A stretch of DNA of 54,612 nt. It comes from a virus. Taxonomy: Duplodnaviria; Caudoviricetes. Shown piece after piece: positions 35,758 through 44,630 of this stretch. The stretch covers positions 1 through 54,612 of IMG/VR virus record IMGVR_UViG_3300032233_002766. The stretch is one strand, 5' to 3'. The notes under the pieces are model-generated. The model did no database searches. It saw only the letters and a list, made by a program, of their open reading frames with translations, and was not told the origin of the DNA. The translations under genes were made by a program, and so were the position numbers. Each line of letters begins with the position of its first letter. Within the stretch, counting starts at the first letter, position 1.

Positions 35758-36412
35758 GCGAGGCCTGCGCTAGCTGGCGCAGGCGCCTTGCTTCCGCCTG
35801 TTCGCTATTCAGGATCTTGTCAATCCAATCAGGGCGGATAGAGGCATCTTTTGCCCAGTTCCTAAAATCCTTGGCCGAGTTGAATCGCGTACGCTCCATC
35901 AAGGCGTCTACCTGATCCTTGCCTAGGATCTCTATAAGCTTGCGCATCATGGCCTTTCTCTTGAAATACTCGCGCTTGCCCTGGACGAAGTCGAAGTCAA
36001 CAGGTCCCGTGCGTTGCTTGACCGGAGGGCTTAACTGGTTGAGTGCTCGGCGGGCATCCTTGATAAAGCGCTTGGTCTTCTGAATCGACATATTTAACGA
36101 CGCCATTGCTTTTACGCTTCTTTTAGACTCAAGCAGAGAGTTGCCGTCGCACAGGTTTAGCCTTGCCTGCTCAACCTCTAGCGCCCTTTGCAGGCCTTCC
36201 CGCCTGACTTCCATGTCATCAATCAGTGCATAGAGTTGATCTGGCTGAAGGCTTGGCACTTCACTGATGAATAGCATCCTTCCTTCACGATCCCAGTCCA
36301 CATAGGGCTCATTGCGCTTGCGGGCTTCATTGTGTTCAAGGCTGCTAGAGCGAACGTCATTACGCCGCCAGATCGAAACTGCCATGTAAGTGTTGATTGG
36401 AGCCGCTTGCAA
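35726..36412 (-). CDS. Low-GC helical hypothetical protein (moron-like)
   Basis: Long ORF with clearly lower GC; start uncertain (36412 or 36386). Confidence 0.65.
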   Translation of the reverse strand: MQAAPINTYMAVSIWRRNDVRSSSLEHNEARKRNEPYVDWDREGRMLFISEVPSLQPDQLYALIDDMEVRREGLQRALEVEQARLNLCDGNSLLESKRSVKAMASLNMSIQKTKRFIKDARRALNQLSPPVKQRTGPVDFDFVQGKREYFKRKAMMRKLIEILGKDQVDALMERTRFNSAKDFRNWAKDASIRPDWIDKILNSEQAEARRLRQLAQASPTHPQPSAPD

Positions 36413-36823
36413 CGGCTTACCTATGCAATATAGATCCAGACAAGGGCGCAGGCGACCCCGAGGCCAACGGGCTGATTCGGGGCGTCGCTCAGCACCTGCT
36501 GCTCTCCTGCGATCCCCTGCCGGCAGTGGCCGCCCTGGAAGGCGAGGTGCGCGACTGGATCAGAGCGCTCGATTGCCGCACCGGGCAACCCCTGCTCGGC
36601 CGCTGAGGCGATGGAGGGGCGCCCTCAGGCCTGCCCCCTCTGAAACCCCCGCACCGCCTGCTCGCTCACCAGGTCATGGCGGCCGGAGCGCACCGCCACA
36701 AGGAACACGTGGCCAGGCACCGGGGCCGGCTTGACCACGTAGAGGAGCCCATCAGGCCCGCGCCAGAACTCGCCAGCACGGAACCGATCGGCCCGCAGGG
36801 CGACTGGGGCACCGGTGAACGGA

Positions 36824-37198
36824 TCAGCCATCAGCCTGGCCCTCCGTCGCCAGCGGGTCGCGGGCGTAGGCCTCGCAGGAACGGGCCCAGTTGATGTTTT
36901 GCTCCGCCTCGGGGTAGCCGAGGGAGCAGGCCCCGTAGCAGCGCTGCCCCCCGTCGAAGCGGCTGGGATCGTGGTCAAACAGGCGGCAGGTGCGGCAGGT
37001 GCGGGTGACCCGCTCGGTATCAAGCCGCGGTAGGTCCGTGGCTACCCCGGCCCACATCAGGCCCACCCGAACCCGGCGGACGGCTTCGGGGCTCAGGCCC
37101 AGCTGCCGGCTCAGGGCGACATGGGGCACGCCAGGCGACGCGGCGAGCAGGACGCGGGTGAGGGTTTCCCGCTGTGCGGGGCTGTAGTGCCGGCTCAT
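36824..37198 (-). CDS. HTH plus Cys-cluster protein
   Basis: VALSRQLGLSPEAVRRVRVG; CRTCRLF...C...C; same architecture as 21879-22229. Confidence 0.65.
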   Translation of the reverse strand: MSRHYSPAQRETLTRVLLAASPGVPHVALSRQLGLSPEAVRRVRVGLMWAGVATDLPRLDTERVTRTCRTCRLFDHDPSRFDGGQRCYGACSLGYPEAEQNINWARSCEAYARDPLATEGQADG

Positions 37199-38256
37199 GC
37201 CGCCTCCTGCAGCACCGAGATCCAGACCGTCCCCAGATCGAGCAGGGGCAGGATCCGATCGCGCAGATCCTGGTTGTGGAGCCGGATGCACCCAAGGGTC
37301 GAGTGCAGCTCCTGCCGCGGCGCCCAGGCCCCGGGCCAACCACAGGCACTGCCGCCACCGTGAAGCATGATCCCATCGCGGTATGGCTTGCTGGTGGGCC
37401 CCTCCTGCCCTTCCAGCCCCTCCAGATCGAAGGAATACCAGCCGTAAGCGCGGCGGTCGGGGGTGAAGTTGGCGGCCGGGTCGTTCTCGTAGTCGCGGTA
37501 GACCCCCTTCGGGTTGATCCGGTAGAGCCCCGGCGGGGTGTCGGTGCCGGTGCGGTTCCATTCCGCCTCTCTGCCCTGCCCGCGGCACAGGCAGGGGATG
37601 CGCCACAGCCGGCGCCCATCGTGGGTCCAGGCCGTCAGGGTCTCGTCCACATCGTTGGCGATCAGGTGGTGATCACCGGGCTTGAGCGGGGGCCGCATCT
37701 TCGGGCCCACCATCCCCTCAGGCCACTTGGGCGGGCCGTCAGCAGGGCCCCCAGGCGGGCGCGGCGGCGTGGCTGTCGAGACAGGGGCCACGCCTGGCGT
37801 GCGGAACAGGGCCACCTCGGCGGCGCGGCGGCGCACCAGGCCCTCCATCACGCCACTGCCGCCCTTGTTCCAGCGGGGGAGATCCTGGGGGATCACCAGT
37901 GATGGAGGCTCGCCGGCCAGCAACCGCCGCCGCAGGGTGCTCCCCTCCAGGGCCCCGCGGCCCACGTTGAAAACGAAGCTGATCAGCGCGGCCTGTTGGT
38001 TGGGCCCCCAGCCGGCGCTCATCGGCAACAGGTCCTGAACCGCATCGGCGGCCCGCTCCAGATCGACCTGTAGGAACCCTTCGGCGGTGGCCCGGTTGAT
38101 CACCATCCCCGGCGTCACGCCCGGCCCGGTGTGCCCGTAGCCGATGGTCCAGGGATCGCCGCCGGTGCCGGGGTCTGGGTAGGCGACAAGCTCGCATCCC
38201 TCGAAACGGGACACGATCTGGCGGGCAGGGGCCAGCCAGGCGGGATCGGGGCTCAT
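37195..38256 (-). CDS. Endolysin: GH24 lysozyme fused to an L,D-transpeptidase (YkuD)-like domain
   Basis: FEGCELVAYPDPG..WTIGYGHT, ALISFVFNVG, GLVRRRAAE; TPPGLY...GIMLHGGG...TLGCIRL. Confidence 0.9.
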   Translation of the reverse strand: MSPDPAWLAPARQIVSRFEGCELVAYPDPGTGGDPWTIGYGHTGPGVTPGMVINRATAEGFLQVDLERAADAVQDLLPMSAGWGPNQQAALISFVFNVGRGALEGSTLRRRLLAGEPPSLVIPQDLPRWNKGGSGVMEGLVRRRAAEVALFRTPGVAPVSTATPPRPPGGPADGPPKWPEGMVGPKMRPPLKPGDHHLIANDVDETLTAWTHDGRRLWRIPCLCRGQGREAEWNRTGTDTPPGLYRINPKGVYRDYENDPAANFTPDRRAYGWYSFDLEGLEGQEGPTSKPYRDGIMLHGGGSACGWPGAWAPRQELHSTLGCIRLHNQDLRDRILPLLDLGTVWISVLQEAA

Positions 38257-38417
38257 AGGGGCCATTCAGAAACGACACGCCAGCCCTCGGCCTGCAGCCG
38301 GGCCACCTCAGCGACCACCTGATGGGGCTCCACATCGACCACCAGGGGCTTGCCGTCCTGGCCGGCGGGGGGAGCGGAAGGCTCCTCGCAGATCAGGCGG
38401 ATCAGCCCGCAGCTCAT
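38253..38417 (-). CDS. Small protein coupling nblA to the lysin (54 aa; not in ORF track)
   Basis: MSCGLIRLICEE...LQAEGWRVVSEWPL; ATGA overlaps at both ends. Confidence 0.55.
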   Translation of the reverse strand: MSCGLIRLICEEPSAPPAGQDGKPLVVDVEPHQVVAEVARLQAEGWRVVSEWPL

Positions 38418-38626
38418 CGCCGCATCCCCTGCCGCATCACCCAGGCGGTGGCGGCCTTCTGGGCAAACCAGGACTGCAGGAGCAGCTTGGCCAGGTTGCG
38501 AAGGGTTGGTGCATCCTCGATTTCGTCGAGGAGTCGGCTGTGGCGCTCCAGCTCAAACTGCTGCGCGGTGGACAACTCCATGCCCAAAGGGGTAGGGGCG
38601 TCGGCTGCAGGGCGAGGGTCTGGCAT
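38414..38626 (-). CDS. nblA: NblA-like phycobilisome degradation adaptor
   Basis: MELSTAQQFELERHSRLLD...LAKLLLQSWFAQKAATAWVMRQ resembles the NblA LSLEQQF helix-loop-helix pattern and size. Confidence 0.6.
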   Translation of the reverse strand: MPDPRPAADAPTPLGMELSTAQQFELERHSRLLDEIEDAPTLRNLAKLLLQSWFAQKAATAWVMRQGMRR

Positions 38627-38698
38627 GCAGGAAGGTTAGCTATGCCTATCCCGATCAGCACAGCTTCAGCGCCGCCAATCTGAACCCGGGCGGTCTCG

Positions 38699-38709
38699 CG
38701 GGAAAACTG
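38699..38709 (+). promoter_or_regulatory. Late promoter-like motif CGGGAAAACTG
   Basis: 34 nt before ATG 38744. Confidence 0.7.
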
Positions 38710-38743
38710 CAGGCAGAACCCCCGCCTGCCCCCCCGTATCGCC

Positions 38744-40024
38744 ATGGCCCGAGGATCCGGTCGCCGCACCTACACCCGCGACAGTAACGGCCGCTTCGCC
38801 TCGACTGGAACCACCACCGCCAAGGCCAGGCCGGCAGCGCGGCGGGCGGCCACCAGGGCAGGCAACCGGCTGAACCGCGACAACACGGGCCGGATCAGCG
38901 GGATCGGCCGCAATGGGGCCACGATCCGCGGCGGGAGACTGAAGACCGCCAAGGGCAATGCCAGGGCCACGCAGACCGCCTCGATGCGCGGGGCAGGGTT
39001 CAGGGCTAGCACGATCGCCAAGGGCGGGCGGGGTGTCAGCGGGAAGGTGGCGCGGAGCATGGCGGCGGTGCGCAAGGAGAGGGCTGGGGCGCAGACGGCT
39101 CAGGCCACCCCGATGCCGCGTCGCGTTCCTGCTGCGCAGCGGCCGGGGTCGCTCACCTCCACCCTGCGGGGCACACTGCGGGCCCTGGCCAAGGCTGATG
39201 CCGCCCGCATCCGCGAGCTAGAGGCGATCACCGGGCAGAAGGTGCGGCCCACCCCTGCAGGCGCCAGGGCCGGCGCCGAGGCCGGGGCCAGGGTGCGAGG
39301 CACCGCCAAGGGCGGGAAGGTGGCGGGCACCCTGCGGGCAGGCCTGCGGGAGTTGGCGCAGAGCGATGCCAGAACCGCTCGGGAGATGGCCGCGATCGTG
39401 CGCGATGCCACGCCGAAGGTGGCCGGCGGGAAGGGTGGGAAGGCGATGAAGGGGGCGGTGGCGGCGGGGGCTAAGCCTGCGGCTGCCAAGCAGCAACCGC
39501 AGCGGCCATCCAAGAAGCCCGCGAACAAAGCTCAGCAGGCCTACCTCAACGCCAGGAGCAACGCACGCGACCGCAACCGGGATCTCCGAGGGGCTGATGC
39601 AGGTTCAAGGCGCATGGCCAACTCGGCAGCAGCCGTGCTCAGAAACATGGAGCGCAGGCGCTCCGCCGCAGTTCCTAAGGCGCCGGCTGATTCGCCTCGC
39701 GCCAAGCAGCAGCAGAGGCAGCTTGCAAGAAGCCAGCGAGCAATCCGCAATGAACGGGCCGCGTGGGCTCGGATAGCGGATGGCCCCGGCAGCAAGGCCA
39801 GCCGCAGTGCAACGGTCGCCAGGCGTGCCCAGCAGATTTACGACGGGAAGGTTGATCCCAAGGTCAAGACGAAATCGAGGCTGACCAGGACCAACGACCC
39901 TGAGGTACTTCGCAAACGGATCGCCAAGATCAAGGACAACACGGCGAGGGCCGCCGCCAAGCCCACCCCCCGCAAACCCGCCCCTCAAGGCCCCGGCCCC
40001 CGCACCAAAGCCCCCCGCCGCTGA
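38744..40024 (+). CDS. Highly basic protein with RDxxGRF motif
   Basis: RRTYTRDSNGRFASTG; first ~90 aa paralogous to the 29441 protein; internal GTLRxxLRxLAxxDA repeat. Confidence 0.75.
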   Translation: MARGSGRRTYTRDSNGRFASTGTTTAKARPAARRAATRAGNRLNRDNTGRISGIGRNGATIRGGRLKTAKGNARATQTASMRGAGFRASTIAKGGRGVSGKVARSMAAVRKERAGAQTAQATPMPRRVPAAQRPGSLTSTLRGTLRALAKADAARIRELEAITGQKVRPTPAGARAGAEAGARVRGTAKGGKVAGTLRAGLRELAQSDARTAREMAAIVRDATPKVAGGKGGKAMKGAVAAGAKPAAAKQQPQRPSKKPANKAQQAYLNARSNARDRNRDLRGADAGSRRMANSAAAVLRNMERRRSAAVPKAPADSPRAKQQQRQLARSQRAIRNERAAWARIADGPGSKASRSATVARRAQQIYDGKVDPKVKTKSRLTRTNDPEVLRKRIAKIKDNTARAAAKPTPRKPAPQGPGPRTKAPRR

Positions 40025-40467
40025 TGCCCCTCCCCGCCACCACCCTCGCCCTCTACGACCTGTTGGAGGCCGATACCGTCCTGCAGGACCTGTTGGGCGT
40101 TCACGTGCTGGCCACTGGCGGCTCTCGCCCCGCCCTGGCTCACTTCTGGCCCCGGGAGGCGATTGAGCCCAGCACCAGGCCCTTGGGGGTCGAGGTGGTG
40201 GTCTGGCGCGGGCCGCAGGGCACCGCAGCAGCCCCGGCGCAGACCGGTGAGGTGGACACCCGGCCCACCTTCCGGCTCTCGGTGACGCAGTGGGAGCCCA
40301 AGCCGGGGCCAACTCGGGAGTACCACCAGCAGGCGGTGATCGAGCGGCTGCAACAGCTGTTGCCGGGGGCGAACGCCTCAGATGTGACCATCGACGGATT
40401 GACCAGCGGCCTGCAGCAGCACACGGTTACGTGGGTGTGCCCGGTGGCCGTGTTGCAGCCGATCTGA
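40024..40467 (+). CDS. Putative tail terminator protein
   Basis: LYDLLEADTVLQDLLG N-terminus, size and position. Confidence 0.55.
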   Translation: MPLPATTLALYDLLEADTVLQDLLGVHVLATGGSRPALAHFWPREAIEPSTRPLGVEVVVWRGPQGTAAAPAQTGEVDTRPTFRLSVTQWEPKPGPTREYHQQAVIERLQQLLPGANASDVTIDGLTSGLQQHTVTWVCPVAVLQPI

Positions 40468-40478
40468 CGGGAAAACTG
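40468..40478 (+). promoter_or_regulatory. Late promoter-like motif CGGGAAAACTG
   Basis: 24 nt before the tape measure GTG. Confidence 0.7.
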
Positions 40479-40502
40479 CAGCAGTAGAACGACGCGGGCA
40501 GG

Positions 40503-43500
40503 GTGGCAGACCTTCAGGTATCGCTGGCCTTTCTGCTGGAGAACGAGGCCGAGGTGGCCCGTGCTCTGGAGGCGGCTGGGGGGAAGGCGGGGAAGGATTT
40601 CGGCGACCGGCTGAGCGAGCAGGCGCGGAAGGCGTTCAATGACATTTCGGCCGCTGCAGAGGGCGCCGCCAAGAAGGTTGGCGTCATCTTCAACCGGGAA
40701 ACCCTTCAGTTTCAGACCGTCAAAGGCGACCTGATCCCGCCTCAGACGCTCGATCAACTCGCCAAGGCCGATAAGGGGTTCGCCCAGGCCCGCCAGGCAG
40801 TGGATGCGTTCCGCAGCTCGGTCACCACGATGAGCCGCGAGGCGGTGCCCAGCGTGAGCCTGCTGGAGGCCGCTGTCTCTGGCCTCGCCTTCTCGCTGGC
40901 CAACAGCCTCACCAACGCCGCCGGCTCTGCCCTGGGCTCCGTAAAAGGCCTGGTGAATGGCTTCCTGGAGCTTGACGGTGAGCTGCGCCTGGCATCGGCA
41001 GCAGCGGGCGAGCAGGGCGGTTACGAGCGCCTGGCGGGGATCGTGAACAAGGTCGGCGTGGAGGCCGCCGGCACCACCAAACAGGTGGCCGAGCTGAGCA
41101 CCTCCCTGATCAGGGCGGGCTTCTCGGTTTCCGAGGTGGAGGGGGCCCTGCCCGGGGTGGTGAGAGGCGCTGAGGCCACGGGGACCAGCTTCGAGGCGTT
41201 CGGCAACATCGTCGGCAACACCCTGCGCGGCTTCGGCCTGGAGGTGGCTGAGACCAGCCGGGTGGTGGATGTGTTGACCAACACGGCGAACAGCTCAAAC
41301 GCCAGCGTCGAGGGCCTGGGCTACACCTTCGAGTACACGGCGCCGATCGCCAAGGCCCTGGGCGTGAGCCTGGAAGACGTGGCTGCCGCGGCGGGCCTGA
41401 TGGCCAACGCAGGCATCCAAGGCAGCGTGGCCGGCACCGGCCTGCGCACCGGCCTGCAGAAGCTGCAGCAGGCGGCCGGGGGCGCCTCGCCCGAGGTGCT
41501 GGGGCTGGCCCGGGGGCAGGAGCGATTGCAGAAGGCCATGGCTCAGCTGGGGGCCACCGTGAGCGATGCCAGCGGCAAGCTCCTGCCGATGGAGGAGGTG
41601 TTCCTGCGCCTCAAGGCCGCCATGGAGAAGCTGAGCCAGGCCGATCAGGTGCAGCTGGCCAGCGTGCTGTTTGGCGATGAAGCCGGCTCGAAGTTCCTGG
41701 CGATCATCAACCAGTCGAGCGCCGCGATCTCGAAGATGTTCGGCGACATTCGCAACTCCACCGGCGCCACCGACACCGCCCGCAACGCGATGCAGGGCAT
41801 GGGGATGGACCTCAAGCGGTTGGAGGGCACGGTGGACTCCCTCGCCAATCAGCTCGGTGGCCTGATCGCTGCCGGCCTGAAGCCCATGCTCGATGCCGCC
41901 AATGCCGTGGCGGATCTGGTATCAGGCCTGCCGGCACCGGTGCGCAATTCCGCCGGGGCCCTGATCGCCCTGGCTGGTGCGGCCACGGCCGCCAGCGTGG
42001 GCATGGCGGCGCTGAATCTGGCGGTGGCGCAGCTCGGGGGGTGGGCGGCGCTCAAGAGTGCCGTGACCGTTGCCGCGGCGACCATCACCGGCCCCTTCGG
42101 CGCTGGCGTGGTGATCATCGCGGGCATGGCAGCAGCAGCCGGGGCCCTGGCCGGCAGTTTCAAGGGGGCCAGCTCCGAGGCGCGAACCCTGGTGCAGACC
42201 GCTGCAGGCCTCGGGGCGATGGTCGGCACCATGACCCTAGTGGCCACAGCGACCACGGCCGGCGCGGGCGCCATGACCCTGTTCGGCAATGCCACCAAGG
42301 CCGCTGCCGCTGCTGCTGCCGTCCTGCAGGGCGTGACCAAGGGGGGCGTGATCGGCCTGGTGGCGGGACTGGCGGCCGGCGCTGCCACCTATGTGGCCAT
42401 CGGCAAGGCGATGGAGGGCGCTGCCGACCAGAGCCAGAAGCTCAGCGAGCGCCAGCGCGAACTGAAGGATGAAATCTCACAGGTTCAGGAGCGAATTGCC
42501 AAGCAGAAAGAACTGAAGATTGATACCACCATCAGTGAGGCCAAGCTGGCAAAGCTGACGCTTGAGCTGCAGGCTATAGAGGAGCCGCTGGAGATTCAGT
42601 TAGACATAAAGAAAGCCGAGGCTGAGATCAAGGCCCTGGAAGAAAGGCTGAACAAGCTCCAGTCCAGCGACAAGAAAAAATCTACCGCCGGAGTGGTGGC
42701 GCAGCTTGATGCCGCCAAGGCGTACAAGGAGTTCCTGGAGCAGATGGACTCTGGCGGGTCGATGGATGCCTTTGCCGGGCCGATCAAGCAAGCCGGCGTA
42801 GAGCTGACTTTCCTGCGCTCGCGTCTGACTGAGTTGGCCGAGAGGAAGGTTGCGCTGCCGTTTGATGCCAAGGCCGATCGGGAGCAGATCGACCGAGAGA
42901 TTGCCGTCACGCAGCAGAGCGTCGAAGGCCGCCAGCTGCTGATCAAACTCGGCTTTGACGAGGCGAGCACTCAAGAGCAGTTGCTCCGACTGCGAACGGC
43001 AATCGCTGCCGGCTTTGTCAATGGGCCCAAGCTCCAGTTCCTGCGTGACGAAGAGGAGGTCTTATTCATCCGCTTGCTTGAGATTCAGAAGCAAGCTCGC
43101 ACCGTGGCCGAGGGCATGAACAGCGCTGCCAGTGTGCGGGTAGACCTCGCCAAGCAAGCCGTTGACAGCCAGATCACGCAGCTCAATGCCGCCCAGGGCC
43201 AGATAGAACTGGAGCAGCAGGCGCTGGGGCTCACGCAGCAAGGGCTGGAGCGCGATCGCCAGCGGCTGCAGCTAGTGCAATCAACCGCTGATGCCCTGCT
43301 GAACCTGGCCAACTCACAGGCCGCATATCAGCAATCTGGGTATGACGTAGAGCGCAGTCGCAACAGCCTTGCCTTGTCATCGGCTGAGAAGTGGTTGCAG
43401 ATCATGCGAGATCGGGGGGCTAATGCCGAGGAAATCGCTGTCCAAGAGCGCTACATAGCAGGCATCAAAAAAGAACAAGAGGGAATTGAGTACAGGGCTA

Positions 43501-44630
43501 TGCAGGCCAACATCGATGCCACCACGCAACGGATCGCCATGGAGCGGCAGATCCTGGGCATCAAGCAGGCCGGCCAGTTGGTGGAAGCCCAGGCTGCAGA
43601 AGCCCAGGCTCGAAGCGACGTGCTGTCGCAGGAGATGAAGTTAAAAGAACTTCAAATTAAATACATGGATCCCGATCTTAAACCGGAGAAAAAAGCGCAA
43701 GTGCAGCAGCTGATTGATCTTCAGGGACAGGCTATTGAACAGGAAAGAAAGAAACTGCAGTTTGCGCAGGGACGCTACGCGCAGCTAGGCCTCCTGTTTG
43801 GCCTGGAGCAGCAAAGCCTTCAAACCCAAGGGCAGACCACAGCCAATCAACTGCGGGCAAGCGCTGCGGCCAAGGGGTGGGAAGGGAGCCTGTCTAAGGC
43901 ACTGGAGAAATTGGATCAGATGGCTTTCGGGTATGAGCGGGTCGAATCCGAGTCCAAGAAACTGACCGGCTCCATCAGCACGGGTCGCGGACAAACGGAG
44001 CTGATCTACGAGTACATTCGCAAGCTTCCTGCGGTCACCAATGACGCAGGGTCAGCCGCAGAGAAGCTGGCTGGCGCCCTTAATTCAGCCAGAATCAATG
44101 CCAGCGATTTGCTGCTCAAGCTTCAGGGGATAGCCAGGTTCCAAGCCACTGGCAAGATCCCCGGCGGCGATGGCATCACCCAGGGACAGGCCCTACCGGC
44201 CATCCCCGCCGCTCGCTGGGCCGGCGGCCCCGTCACCCCTGGGGCCAAGTACCAGGTGAACGAGATGGGCACCGAGAGCTTCCTTTCCGCCGGTGGCGCC
44301 CTCTCCCTGATCACTGCGCCGGCCTACGGCACCTGGAGCCCGCCTGTGCGCGGCACGGTCCTGCCGGCTGGCGTGACCGCTCGCCTGCAGGATGCCGGGG
44401 CCCTGCCGGGTGGCTCGGGTCGTGCGATGGCGGGCATGCGGGGCGCTGCTGGCGCTCCTGGTTCCCCCGGTGCTCCCGGTGCGGTAGTGGCGACCGATGG
44501 CTTGGCCCTGACCAAGCTGCAGGGCTCGATCGATCGGCTGCAGAGCACGATCGCCGCCTACGACCCCTCGCTGCAGGTTCACCTCCCCGGAAACGCCGGG
44601 CTCCTCGCCACCCTTCAGGCCTTCCGATGA
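40503..44630 (+). CDS. Tail tape measure protein (TP901-family core)
   Basis: 1375 aa; DVLTNTANSSNA..LG..F.YTAPIA..LG.S.ED.AA..G.MANAGI.GS.AGT.LR; ARWAGGPV...VNE.G.E. Confidence 0.93.
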   Translation: MADLQVSLAFLLENEAEVARALEAAGGKAGKDFGDRLSEQARKAFNDISAAAEGAAKKVGVIFNRETLQFQTVKGDLIPPQTLDQLAKADKGFAQARQAVDAFRSSVTTMSREAVPSVSLLEAAVSGLAFSLANSLTNAAGSALGSVKGLVNGFLELDGELRLASAAAGEQGGYERLAGIVNKVGVEAAGTTKQVAELSTSLIRAGFSVSEVEGALPGVVRGAEATGTSFEAFGNIVGNTLRGFGLEVAETSRVVDVLTNTANSSNASVEGLGYTFEYTAPIAKALGVSLEDVAAAAGLMANAGIQGSVAGTGLRTGLQKLQQAAGGASPEVLGLARGQERLQKAMAQLGATVSDASGKLLPMEEVFLRLKAAMEKLSQADQVQLASVLFGDEAGSKFLAIINQSSAAISKMFGDIRNSTGATDTARNAMQGMGMDLKRLEGTVDSLANQLGGLIAAGLKPMLDAANAVADLVSGLPAPVRNSAGALIALAGAATAASVGMAALNLAVAQLGGWAALKSAVTVAAATITGPFGAGVVIIAGMAAAAGALAGSFKGASSEARTLVQTAAGLGAMVGTMTLVATATTAGAGAMTLFGNATKAAAAAAAVLQGVTKGGVIGLVAGLAAGAATYVAIGKAMEGAADQSQKLSERQRELKDEISQVQERIAKQKELKIDTTISEAKLAKLTLELQAIEEPLEIQLDIKKAEAEIKALEERLNKLQSSDKKKSTAGVVAQLDAAKAYKEFLEQMDSGGSMDAFAGPIKQAGVELTFLRSRLTELAERKVALPFDAKADREQIDREIAVTQQSVEGRQLLIKLGFDEASTQEQLLRLRTAIAAGFVNGPKLQFLRDEEEVLFIRLLEIQKQARTVAEGMNSAASVRVDLAKQAVDSQITQLNAAQGQIELEQQALGLTQQGLERDRQRLQLVQSTADALLNLANSQAAYQQSGYDVERSRNSLALSSAEKWLQIMRDRGANAEEIAVQERYIAGIKKEQEGIEYRAMQANIDATTQRIAMERQILGIKQAGQLVEAQAAEAQARSDVLSQEMKLKELQIKYMDPDLKPEKKAQVQQLIDLQGQAIEQERKKLQFAQGRYAQLGLLFGLEQQSLQTQGQTTANQLRASAAAKGWEGSLSKALEKLDQMAFGYERVESESKKLTGSISTGRGQTELIYEYIRKLPAVTNDAGSAAEKLAGALNSARINASDLLLKLQGIARFQATGKIPGGDGITQGQALPAIPAARWAGGPVTPGAKYQVNEMGTESFLSAGGALSLITAPAYGTWSPPVRGTVLPAGVTARLQDAGALPGGSGRAMAGMRGAAGAPGSPGAPGAVVATDGLALTKLQGSIDRLQSTIAAYDPSLQVHLPGNAGLLATLQAFR

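Noticed and set aside
5911-43259. HIP1 octamer GCGATCGC (seen at 5911, 15286, 16741, 43252)
   Set aside because: A few copies are expected by chance at this GC; enrichment cannot be shown without a count
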